Source: Methylorubrum extorquens (GTDB taxonomy: Bacteria; Pseudomonadota; Alphaproteobacteria; Rhizobiales; Beijerinckiaceae). From it: a stretch of DNA of 32,000 nucleotides. Shown here in pieces: positions 1 through 10,612 of this stretch (within the stretch, counting starts at the first letter, position 1; each line of letters starts with the position of its first letter). The stretch lies in assembly GCA_900234795.1 (NCBI GenBank), contig LT962688.1, forward strand, positions 3,870,001 through 3,902,000, written 5' to 3'. The translations under genes and the position numbers were made by a program. The notes below the pieces were generated by a model that was given only the letters and a program-made list of their open reading frames with translations, was not told the origin of the DNA and did not search any database.

Positions 1-323
1 GGGATGCGGATCTCGTGCGCGCGCTCGGCAACCGTGCCGTGCTCTCCCTCGACAGCCGGGGCACGGAACGGCTCGGACCGGACGCCCTGCACGACGATGC
101 GGAGGCGTGGCCCGAGGATGTGATCGTGATGACGCTGGCACGGGTCGGGACCGGGACCGGCCCCGATCTTTCCGGGGTGTCGCGGGCCGTCGAGGCGGGC
201 GGGGGCCGGCGGATCTACGCGGCGGGCGGCGTGCGCGGGCCGGAGGATGTCGCGCATCTCGCGCGGATCGGCGCTGCGGGCGCGCTCGTCGCCTCGGCGA
301 TCCATGACGGGCAGCTGCGCTGA
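1..323 (+). CDS. HisA/HisF-family (beta/alpha)8-barrel protein, 3' fragment open to the window edge
   Basis: The frame is open from nt 3 and stops at TGA 321-323. The C-terminus RIYAAGGVRGPEDVAHLARIGAAGALVASAIHDG looks like the distal phosphate-binding GG loop region of HisA/HisF-like barrels. Third codon positions are G/C-rich. It is convergent with fae. Confidence 0.55.
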   Translation, partial: DADLVRALGNRAVLSLDSRGTERLGPDALHDDAEAWPEDVIVMTLARVGTGTGPDLSGVSRAVEAGGGRRIYAAGGVRGPEDVAHLARIGAAGALVASAIHDGQLR

Positions 324-349
324 GGTTCAGGGCAGGCCCCAAAAAGAAA

Positions 350-369
350 GGGACGGCCGAAGCCGTCCC
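350..369 (-). terminator. Intrinsic terminator downstream of fae
   Basis: Stem GGGACGGC (350-357) pairs with GCCGTCCC (362-369) around loop CGAA. On the minus strand it is followed by TTTCTTTTT (349-341). Confidence 0.6.
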
Positions 370-462
370 AATCCACTAACGTCCAAGGAAGATCGAAGCC
401 AGTCGCTGGAGCAGACCCCGCGGTGCGGGCGGAGGCTCGCTCTGCCCAGGACTGCCTCCGAT

Positions 463-975
463 CTAAGCGTTGGCGGCGAAGGGGTGGGTCGCCGACTTAC
501 GCTGCTCCGTGACGACCGAAGCCTTCGGCTCGCCGTTGACGGCGCGCTGGATCGAGAGCTTGGTGGCCTCGTAGTTGTACTTCTGGATCTTGGCGTCGTC
601 GGCCGCTTCCCAGTGGATGAACACGCCGACCAGCACGTACAGGTCGTCGGCTTCGTCAGCCGGGATGATGCCTTCGGCAACCGCGTCCTGCACGGCCATG
701 GCGACGCCATGCTGGGCCGGGCCAAACATCTGGACGGCCTGACGGGCGTCGTTGATGGTGACCTTGTTGAACATCAGCGTGTTCGGCTTGCACGGCAGGT
801 TCGGCGCGATCACGGCGAGCAGGCTGGTGAAGCCGTGCTTGTTGTTGACCAGACCGTTGCAGAAGGCCGTCTCGGCCGGCGAACCGCGCGGTCCGATGAT
901 GAGGTCGATGTGAGCGACTTCGTTGCCATCGCCGACGAGGGCCTCGCCGACCTGAACCTTGGTGATTTTTGCCAT
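463..975 (-). CDS. fae: Formaldehyde-activating enzyme
   Basis: 170 aa from ATG 975, internal to track ORF 463..1218. The sequence [38 protein letters not shown]... is recognised as Fae. AGGGAGAGA lies 6 nt upstream of the ATG. Stop is TAG 463-465. Confidence 0.95.
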
Positions 976-1232
976 TCGGGGTCTCTCCCTGGATTCCTGA
1001 AAAAAGGCCCGCCCTGAGAGGAGGCGGGGCCTGGAAGCCATCCTTGTTTGCGGCGCCCGGCTGAGAGCCGAGCCGGTTTGCCCGGATAGCGGGGCGGACC
1101 CTACAGCGGGCCATTCCGCCGAACAACCCGCGCAAAGCCCTGAAATCTGCGATTTTTTGGAGGCCGGGGGGCCTTGACGCGACAAGATTCGTCCCCTCGC
1201 GGGCGAGGGCTCGACCAAGGCTCAGCAAAGGC

Positions 1233-2102
1233 TCAGGCGCCCTCGCCGCGGGCGGACAGGAGCGCGTCGAGAAACAGCGTCGCGACGGTGAAGTCGGCAC
1301 TCGTGCCAGGGTTGAGGCCGGCCTCCTTCAACGCGCGGTCGTAGGCAAGGAGTGGCTCGACCGGCGCCGCGGCGAGGTCGAGGCCCGCGAGAGAGGCCTG
1401 CGCCTGCGCCCGCACCGCCTCGGCCCGCTCAGGGCCGTGCTTGCGGGCGATGTGGCTGTCCGGCACGGCCATGAGATAGGCGAGATGAACCGCCGTCGTC
1501 GTCCAGGGCGGGACCAGCCCGCGCGCCCGCGCGCCCGCCAGCGCCGGCAGGCCGATCGCGAACAGGTCGCGAAACCCGTCCCCGTAGGCGCGGGCGATGC
1601 GGTCGCGCGGGGCAGCCTCCGCCATCGCCGCGCGCAGCGGCGGGAGCGCTTCGTCATCGATTTGGGACACGTCGTGGCGCTCGGCCCGGCCGAGGCCGCC
1701 GGGATTGGCCCGGCGGATCGCCGCGAACACGTCGCGGGAATCGGAGGCATCGAACCCCGCCAGCACGGCGTTCAGAGCCTCGGCCAGCGGGCCGGGCTGC
1801 TCCGCGGCATAAGCGAGCGGCGCGCAGAGGAGCAGGATGCCGAGATTGGTATTTTGCCCGACGGCGGCGAAGGTCGCCTCGACCCCGCCGCGCACCCGCT
1901 GCCCGACGCGTGCTCCCGCCGCGGCGAGCGGCGGCGCCGACACGTCGGCACTGGTGACGAAATCGGCCACGACCATGCGGTGGCCGGGGGCGTAGCCGTG
2001 GACGTTGCCGGGTTTCAGCGCATCGAGTTCGGCGAGGCAGGCGGCCCGGTAGAGGTCGGCCACGGTCGCCGCAGGCAGGCCGCTGGGCGCCGTCCCGCTC
2101 AT
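1233..2102 (-). CDS. orf7: CitG-like triphosphoribosyl-dephospho-CoA synthase family protein of the H4MPT island (historical orf7)
   Basis: 289 aa from ATG 2102, which forms an ATGA overlap with the stop of the upstream gene. The GQNTNLGILLLCAPLA block is typical of the CitG family. The N-terminal 118 aa of the track ORF are Arg/Gly-rich off-frame-looking sequence that overlaps orf5. Confidence 0.8.
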   Translation of the reverse strand: MSGTAPSGLPAATVADLYRAACLAELDALKPGNVHGYAPGHRMVVADFVTSADVSAPPLAAAGARVGQRVRGGVEATFAAVGQNTNLGILLLCAPLAYAAEQPGPLAEALNAVLAGFDASDSRDVFAAIRRANPGGLGRAERHDVSQIDDEALPPLRAAMAEAAPRDRIARAYGDGFRDLFAIGLPALAGARARGLVPPWTTTAVHLAYLMAVPDSHIARKHGPERAEAVRAQAQASLAGLDLAAAPVEPLLAYDRALKEAGLNPGTSADFTVATLFLDALLSARGEGA

Positions 2103-3013
2103 CCGAGCGCCGAGACCAGCCGCGGCGGGCGGGCGGCGCGCACCGCGTTGAGGAAGCCACGCGCCACCGCCCCGGCGATGTCGACCTCCGTCACCTGTTG
2201 CAGGCCGGACCAGGCTGGCATGGAATTGACCTCCAGCACCAGAAAGCCGCCCTCGCCGTCCTCGACGAGGTCGATGCCGGTATAATCCACGCCGACCGCG
2301 GCGGCGGCGGCCTCCGCGAGTTCGGCGGCGCGGGCCGGCACATCCCAGGCAAAGGGCCGGCCGCCGCGGTGGACGTTGGTGATCCAGCCGTCGCCCTCGC
2401 GGATCATCCCGGCGATCGCCCGGCCCTCGCAGACGAAGACGCGGTAGTCGCGCCACAGCCCGTCGGCACGGGCGACGTAGCGCTGAAGGTAGTAGACGCC
2501 GCTCACCGCCTCCTGCGCCGGCAAATCGTCGGGGTTTTCGAGGAGCATCAGCCCCTCGCCCTGCGAGCCGAACAGGGGCTTGAGTACGATCGGTTTTCCC
2601 GGCCGCGCCTCGCGGGCGACGATCTCGGCCGCCGCTTCGCGTTTCGAAACGACGAAGGTGTCGGGCGTCGGCAAGCCGGCGCGGGCGATCAGCAGCGAGG
2701 TCGCCGCCTTGTCCACCGAGCGCTCGATCGCCGCCGGCCCGTTCCAGACGGTGACGCCGGAGGCGACCAGCGCGTGGAGCACGCCGAGCCGCATGGTGGT
2801 GGCTTCGAACGTGCCGCCCGCGATGGTGCGCAGCAGGACGCCGTCCGGCAGCCCATCCTCGAAGCCGGGCACCCGCAGCGGCTCACCGCCGCCGGTGACC
2901 ACGGCAACGTCGGCGAGCGAGAACAGCACCGGCTCGACGCCGAAGCCGCGCAAGGCCTCCCGCAGCCGCGCCTTGTGCCAATTGCCGTTGTCGGCCGCGA
3001 GCCCGATGCGCAT
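2099..3013 (-). CDS. orf5: RimK-type ATP-grasp ligase of the H4MPT island (historical orf5)
   Basis: 304 aa, MRIGLAADNGNWHKARLREAL...VLKPLFGSQGEGL...LEVNSMPAW. The layout is RimK-like ATP-grasp. It is translationally coupled to orf7. Confidence 0.85.
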   Translation of the reverse strand: MRIGLAADNGNWHKARLREALRGFGVEPVLFSLADVAVVTGGGEPLRVPGFEDGLPDGVLLRTIAGGTFEATTMRLGVLHALVASGVTVWNGPAAIERSVDKAATSLLIARAGLPTPDTFVVSKREAAAEIVAREARPGKPIVLKPLFGSQGEGLMLLENPDDLPAQEAVSGVYYLQRYVARADGLWRDYRVFVCEGRAIAGMIREGDGWITNVHRGGRPFAWDVPARAAELAEAAAAAVGVDYTGIDLVEDGEGGFLVLEVNSMPAWSGLQQVTEVDIAGAVARGFLNAVRAARPPRLVSALG

Positions 3014-3075
3014 TCGCTCTTTTTCCGTTTTTTTTCAGAGCCTGTTTGACCGACCGGGTCGGGTGTTCATGACGG

Positions 3076-3208
3076 TCCTCATGCTGAGGTGCCGAGCGAA
3101 AGCTCGGCCTCAAAGCACGCCGGAACGGTCGCTCTCGTAGCATCGGTTGGCCTGGAGAAGCGTCGCGGCGTGCTTCGAGGCTGCTGACGCAGCACCTCAG
3201 CATGAGGA
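3076..3208. repeat. Nested inverted-repeat (REP/RIME-like) structured intergenic element
   Basis: The outer inverted repeat is 17 bp perfect: TCCTCATGCTGAGGTGC (3076-3092) against 3192-3208. The inner repeat is 14 bp with one mismatch (3108-3121 against 3167-3180). There is also a local 7-bp hairpin with a GAAA loop (3091-3108). Confidence 0.6.
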
Positions 3209-3291
3209 ACGAGAAGCTTGTCGAAGCAGTCGGGTCAAATTGGCTTTCGACGACCCTCTCCCGCTGCAGGGGGAGGGTCTCGATCGTTGCC

Positions 3292-5427
<2,136 letters not shown>

Positions 5428-5431
<4 letters not shown>

Positions 5432-6321
5432 CCGGCGATCTCGACGGCGAGCTTGTAGGCGTCGCGGAAATCGAGGCAGAGCGGCTCCTGCGCCTCCAGC
5501 ATCTTGCGGAACATGCGGCACTGGGTCTGGTACTTGACGTTGCCGACCGCGAGCGCGCCGATGCCGACGCCCTTGCCGGTGGGCAGCGGAACATCGACGG
5601 CGTTCACATCGATGCCAGCGATGCCGGCGGGCGGCACGGCGTTGACGTCGGAGGCCACCAAGAGCTTGGGCGCGGATTCGAGATCCTCCGCCGTCAGGAT
5701 CGAGACGCCGGCAGGGCCGGCCGAGAGGATCACGTCGGCGTCGGTGATCGCGGCGCGGCGCGCCTCGGGCAGGGTTCCGTCCACGGCGCCGACATCGATG
5801 CCGAAGCGCCACTTCATGGTGAAGGCGATCTTCGAGACGCGCTCCTCGCCGTCATGGCCGACGAGCACGGTCTGCGCGCCCTCCAGCGCGCCGATCACTG
5901 CGGCGACGTAGGCGACGACGCCCGCGCCGCCGAAGATGACGATGCGCTTGCCCTTGAGGTCGGTCGAGAACCGCGCTTTCAGCGCCCGGTTCACCTCGGC
6001 GACCATCGCCGCGCCGGTGGTGAAGGAGCCGGCCGGGTCGGCGAAGACGTGGTTGACGAAGGGGGGCACGAAGGCCTTCTTCGCCCGGTCCACCATGTCG
6101 AGCGCCAGCTCGGCGTTCTTGCCGCCGATGAAGATCCCGGTGCGCACGCCGTCCTGCGGCGCGCGGGAGAAGATCGAATCCTGCGTCAGCGAGACGACAT
6201 CGGTGAGATCGACGCCGGTATAGGTGATCAGCGTCTCGAAGCCGGCATCGATCGCCATGTTCACGTCGAACGGGCTCATGTGCTTGAGCGGCGTCAGCAT
6301 GTGCAGGATCGAGCGGGCCAT
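5428..6321 (-). CDS. mtdB: NAD(P)-dependent methylene-H4MPT dehydrogenase
   Basis: 297 aa, MARSILHMLTPLKHMSPFDVNMAIDAGFETLITYTGV...; a Rossmann GGAGVVAY motif is present. GAGAGG lies upstream of ATG 6321. Confidence 0.93.
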
Positions 6322-6431
6322 GGTCTTCGTCCTCTCGTGACCGCGCCTTAGCCAGGCGCTTCAGGTGCAAAACCGGAACGACTGTCGCCGGTCAAGCGCA
6401 GGTTTCTTTGAACCGGGAAAAAGAAAAAGCT

Positions 6432-7454
6432 CTAAACTTCCGCAACCGAGGCGCCGACATTGCGTCCGCGGGCGATGACGAAGCGCAGGCGGCCGGGCCG
6501 CGCCAGCCCTGCGACCAGCGTCTCCGCCTCCTTCTGCGAGGGCACGAGCGCGAAGCCGGTCGGCCCCCAGGAGCTCTGGCCGTAGCCGGGCACGCCGGCC
6601 TGCGCGATCGCCGCGAGAGCGTCGGCCACCGCGGGGCTGGCGAAGCGCCCGCCCTGGTGCGGCGCGAAATGGTCGCCGATCCGCTTCTGGATCGCGGTGA
6701 TGCCAGCGCCGAACCCGTTGGGCTCGGCGGTCGCGGCGGCGGGCAGCACCTGCATCAGCACGATCCGGCAGATCTCGGCCGCCTGCCCTGCATCGAAGGG
6801 CGGCAGGTCGCGGAACGCTTCGGTCTCGCGAGAGCCATGCACACCGGTCATGGCCTCATCGAGGATCAGCACGACCCGCCAATCCTCGGGATAGGGCAGC
6901 CGGGCGATGACGGGCGGCGGCGCGCCGGAGCCGTCGCGCCCACCGTCCACGATCAGCCCACCCTCGGTGAAGGCGGCGAGCCCGACGCCGGAGCGGTTGC
7001 CGCGGTCGAGTACGTCGGCGAAGTCCGCCGGCGCGAAGGGACGTCCGTTGAGGCGCGCCAACGCGGCGGCGACCGCCAGCGCGAGCTGCGTGCCCGAGCC
7101 GAAGCCGGCATGAGCGGGAATCGATTCCTCGATCTCCACCGCCACGGCCTCCGGCACATCGAGATAGGCGGCGGCGGCGAGCAGGTTGGCGCGCACCCGT
7201 TCGGCCTCCGGACCGCTGGCGGAGACGCGTTTGGCCGGGCGCGCGACGAGTTGGACGGCCGGCGCGTCGAGGGCGAGGCCGATGCTGCCGAAGCGGCGCC
7301 CGAGGCCGCCGTTGAGATCGAGGAAGCCGAAATGCAGGCGCGCCGGCGCGCGGACCCGCACGCCGGTCCCGGCCGGCCGGGATGTCGTCGTGCTCACGAT
7401 CTCAGCGGTCTGGTCCGGGACCTCGGCCACGGTCTCATTCCCTTCCACCGACAT
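6432..7454 (-). CDS. mptG: Beta-ribofuranosylaminobenzene 5'-phosphate synthase (GHMP-kinase fold)
   Basis: 340 aa from ATG 7454. The conserved part starts at VRVRAPARLHFGFLDLNGGLGRRFGSIG and includes the GHMP-type loop PAHAGFGSGTQLALA. The 161 aa upstream in the track ORF look non-native. Confidence 0.8.
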   Translation of the reverse strand: MSVEGNETVAEVPDQTAEIVSTTTSRPAGTGVRVRAPARLHFGFLDLNGGLGRRFGSIGLALDAPAVQLVARPAKRVSASGPEAERVRANLLAAAAYLDVPEAVAVEIEESIPAHAGFGSGTQLALAVAAALARLNGRPFAPADFADVLDRGNRSGVGLAAFTEGGLIVDGGRDGSGAPPPVIARLPYPEDWRVVLILDEAMTGVHGSRETEAFRDLPPFDAGQAAEICRIVLMQVLPAAATAEPNGFGAGITAIQKRIGDHFAPHQGGRFASPAVADALAAIAQAGVPGYGQSSWGPTGFALVPSQKEAETLVAGLARPGRLRFVIARGRNVGASVAEV

Positions 7455-7533
7455 TGCCGGCCCAGCCGGCGCGGACGCGCCCAACGATGCGGGCGGCTTC
7501 TCACATGCTGCGGCGCCCGCGACAACCTCGCTC

Positions 7534-7579
7534 GCGACAACCGCATCGGCATCCTGGCCAGTGCCGATGCGGTTGTCGC
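7534..7579. promoter_or_regulatory. 18-bp perfect palindrome (candidate operator or RNA hairpin) in the mptG/fhcB divergent intergenic region
   Basis: GCGACAACCGCATCGGCA (7534-7551) is the exact reverse complement of 7562-7579, with a 10-nt spacer. A further direct copy of CGCGACAACC lies at 7518-7527. Confidence 0.4.
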
Positions 7580-7858
7580 CGTGCGGAACCGTTTTCGTGC
7601 GAAAGCGGGACGATCGGGGAGAGCGGGCGACGAACGAAATCCTGACGTCAAACTTCGGCGGGGGCTTGCGGCCTCCGGCACAGGAATGCAAAACCACCCG
7701 GCTCCCTTCGCGGAGCCGGTCCGAGCCACTGCCCCCGAACCCGCATTCCGGATTTCGAGGCATCGAGGCTCCACCAGGGGCGCCCGCGCCCTTCGGACGT
7801 GACCGTCTTTCGCCCCGCCTCGATGCGGGGATGCCCGAAGAAGCGACGGTGAGGAAGC

Positions 7859-8947
7859 ATGGCAGCCTGGGTGAAGGGAGGCGCAGCGGATGTAGACGCT
7901 GCGGTCGAGGCCGCGGCCGACCTGCTCGCCGCCTCACGCGTGCCGGTGCTGGCAGGCCTGAGCGCCGAGGTTTCGGCGCTGCGCGCCGCCTACCGGCTGG
8001 CCGAGACCCTCGGCGCCTCGCTCGATCCCGTCTCCGGTCCCAGCGTCTACGCCGAACTCGGCGCGCTCAGCGCCGGTGGTGCGATGAGCACGACACGGGC
8101 CGAAACGATCGGCCGGGCGGACGTCATCCTGATCGTCGGCAACCGTCCCTGGGACGGTGAGCTGATCGCCGAGATCGCCGCCGCGGCCCCGAGCCGCGGA
8201 CGCGCGGCGGGCTCGGAGCGTGCCCTGCTCTCGCTGGGCGGTCCGCAGAACGGCGCGATCCGCCACGTCGCCTACGCGGCGGATGCCGGTGGCCTCACCA
8301 TCTCGCTCGGGCACCTGCGCGCCTTCGCCAAGGGCCATCTCGCCGGCGAGGCCGCCTTTGCCGACCTCGCCAAGCGCCTGTTCGCGGCCCAGTACGGGGT
8401 CATCGTCTACGACCCGGAAGAGGTCGGCGAACTCGGCGCGGAAATGCTTCAGGGGTTGATTCGCGACCTCAATGAATCCACCCGCTTCTTCGCGCTGACG
8501 CTGGCCGACCCGTTCCAGGGCCGCGCGGCGGTGCAGCTCTCGGCCTGGACCACGGGACAGGCGCCGCGGGTCGGTTTCGGTCGGCATCAGCCGGAGCACG
8601 ATTCCTGGCGCTTCGACAGCGCCCGCCAGATCGCCACGGGCGAGGCCGACGCCGCCCTTTGGCTCGCCTCGCTCCCCGCCCCGCGCCCCGCCTGGCTCGG
8701 CAGCCTGCCGACGATCGCCATCGTCGGCGAGGGCTCTCAGGAGGCCGCGGGCGAGACGGCGGAGGTCGTCATCACCGTGGGCGTGCCCGGCCAGAGCGTC
8801 GGCGGCGCACTCTGGAACGACCGGCGCGGCGTCATCGCCTATGCCGAAGCCAGCGATCCCGCGAAGACGCCGGCTGAAACGGAGACTGCGGCCGGCGTGC
8901 TCACCCGCATCCGCGACCGCCTCATCGAGAAGGGTGTCTCATGCTGA
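7859..8947 (+). CDS. fhcB: Formyltransferase/hydrolase complex subunit B (FwdB/FmdB-like)
   Basis: 362 aa, MAAWVKGGAADVDAAVEAAADLLAASRVPVLAGL... GGTGAGGAAGC precedes ATG 7859. The 3' end overlaps the fhcA start (ATGCTGA). Confidence 0.85.
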   Translation: MAAWVKGGAADVDAAVEAAADLLAASRVPVLAGLSAEVSALRAAYRLAETLGASLDPVSGPSVYAELGALSAGGAMSTTRAETIGRADVILIVGNRPWDGELIAEIAAAAPSRGRAAGSERALLSLGGPQNGAIRHVAYAADAGGLTISLGHLRAFAKGHLAGEAAFADLAKRLFAAQYGVIVYDPEEVGELGAEMLQGLIRDLNESTRFFALTLADPFQGRAAVQLSAWTTGQAPRVGFGRHQPEHDSWRFDSARQIATGEADAALWLASLPAPRPAWLGSLPTIAIVGEGSQEAAGETAEVVITVGVPGQSVGGALWNDRRGVIAYAEASDPAKTPAETETAAGVLTRIRDRLIEKGVSC

Positions 8948-10587
8948 CCCGTATCCACGGTGGACGGGTGGTCGATCCCACAGCCGGGCGCGACGCCGTC
9001 GGCGACGTCTGGATCGAGGATGGCCGCGTCGTCGCCCCGAGCGAGCGCGCCCCCGATCAAACCATCGACGCCACGGGCTGCGTGGTGATGGCTGGCGGCG
9101 TCGAGGTCCACTCGCACATCGCCGGCGGCAACGTGGTGATGAGCCGCCTGCTGCTGCCCGACCTCTACGTCAGCGAATCCGCGCCCAACGGCCATCCCTT
9201 CGCCCATGCCGGCGGCTCGGGCAGCTGGATCGGCGCCAATTACGCGCGGATGGGCTACACCACCGCGGTCGAGCCGGCGCTGCCGCCCTCGAACGCGCTC
9301 GCGACCCATCTCGAACTCGCCGACATCCCGCTGCTCGACCGCGGCGGTCTGGCCGTGCTCGGCAACGACGATCACCTGCTCCAGCTCCTGCGCGACGGCG
9401 AGGGCAAGCAGGCTGTGCGCGATCTCGTGCAGCAGACCCTGGCCCATTCGCGGGGCCTCGGCGTCAAGTGCATCAATGCGGGCGGCGCCTCGGCCTTCAA
9501 GGACGGCGTCTTGAAGCTCAGCCTCGACGACGAGATCCCCTGCTACGGGCTCTCGACGCGCAAGATCATGTCGGCCCTGCTCGACGCGGTGGAAGAGATC
9601 GGCGTGCCGCACCCGCTGCACGTCCACTGCAACAATCTTGGGCTGCCCGGCGCCGACGACTCCCTCGTCGCGACGCTGGAGGCGGCCGAAGGCCGGCGCA
9701 TCCACTTCGCCCACGCCCAGTTCTATGCCTACGGCGTGGTCGATCCCGAGAACCCGATGACCGGCGGCTTCCGCTCGGCGGCCGAGCGGATCAACGCGGC
9801 GATGGAGGCGCACCCCAACGCGACCTATGACGTGGGTCAGGTGGTGTTCGGCCAGACGGTGACGATCTCGCTCGACATCCTGCGCCAGTTCGGCGGCCGT
9901 AAGGGCGCCAAGCCGAAGAAGTGGGTGATCTCGGCGGGGGATGCCGAGGGCGGCGGCGTGGTGCCGTTCCTCTATCGGCCGCGCGGTCCGGTCTCGTCGC
10001 TGCAATGGGCGATCGGCCTGGAATTGATGCTGCTCTCCTCGAACCCCGAGCGCACCATCCTCACGACCGACCACCCCAATGGCGGCGTCTTCACCGAATA
10101 CCCGCGCATCATCCACCTGCTGATGGATGCCGAAGAGCGCGCCAAGGAAATCGCAACGCTGCCGGCCATCGTCGGCGAACGCTCCGGCCTGCCGAAGATC
10201 GAGCGCGAGTACGGCTTCAGCGAAATCGCGCAGCTCACCCGCTCGGGTCCGGCCAAGCTCCTCGGCCTGACCGACCGCGGCCACCTGCGCGAGGGCGCCA
10301 AGGCCGACGTCGCGATCTACCGCGACGATAAGGATCGCACGGCGATGTTCTCCCGCGCCAAGCTGGTGCTGAAGGACGGCCAGCCGATCGTCGAGGATGG
10401 CGAGGTCGTCGCTTGGTTCTCGGGCAAGACGCTCAGCCTGAATGTCGAGGCTGATGCGGGCATGGAAAAGCGCGCCGAGAGCTACCTGCAGGATCGCTTC
10501 GGCGCCGGGCTCGACACCTTCGCGGTGCCGGACGCCGCCTTCCCGGAGAATACCGGGACGTTCGAAGACGTGGCGTGCCGGGCGTGA
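8941..10587 (+). CDS. fhcA: Formyltransferase/hydrolase complex subunit A (FwdA-like amidohydrolase)
   Basis: 548 aa, MLTRIHGGRVVDPTAGRDAVGDVWIEDGRVVAP...GGVEVHSHIAGGN. This is the amidohydrolase HxH metal motif. Confidence 0.92.
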   Translation: MLTRIHGGRVVDPTAGRDAVGDVWIEDGRVVAPSERAPDQTIDATGCVVMAGGVEVHSHIAGGNVVMSRLLLPDLYVSESAPNGHPFAHAGGSGSWIGANYARMGYTTAVEPALPPSNALATHLELADIPLLDRGGLAVLGNDDHLLQLLRDGEGKQAVRDLVQQTLAHSRGLGVKCINAGGASAFKDGVLKLSLDDEIPCYGLSTRKIMSALLDAVEEIGVPHPLHVHCNNLGLPGADDSLVATLEAAEGRRIHFAHAQFYAYGVVDPENPMTGGFRSAAERINAAMEAHPNATYDVGQVVFGQTVTISLDILRQFGGRKGAKPKKWVISAGDAEGGGVVPFLYRPRGPVSSLQWAIGLELMLLSSNPERTILTTDHPNGGVFTEYPRIIHLLMDAEERAKEIATLPAIVGERSGLPKIEREYGFSEIAQLTRSGPAKLLGLTDRGHLREGAKADVAIYRDDKDRTAMFSRAKLVLKDGQPIVEDGEVVAWFSGKTLSLNVEADAGMEKRAESYLQDRFGAGLDTFAVPDAAFPENTGTFEDVACRA

Positions 10588-10612
10588 TGTCGAGGGTGAT
10601 GGAATCGAATCG

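Noticed and set aside
7455-7937. N-terminal extension of mptG to 501 aa
   Set aside because: The extra 161 aa (RRRAGRPRPRPQRLHPLRLPSPRL...) look non-native and would bury the 18-bp palindrome in coding sequence. The conserved GHMP-type region starts shortly after ATG 7454. An alternative nearby GTG start cannot be excluded.
6408-8160. Plus-strand ORFs of 464 aa and 324 aa spanning mptG and the intergenic region
   Set aside because: They are antisense or out of frame relative to mptG and fhcB, and their translations are Arg/Pro-rich.
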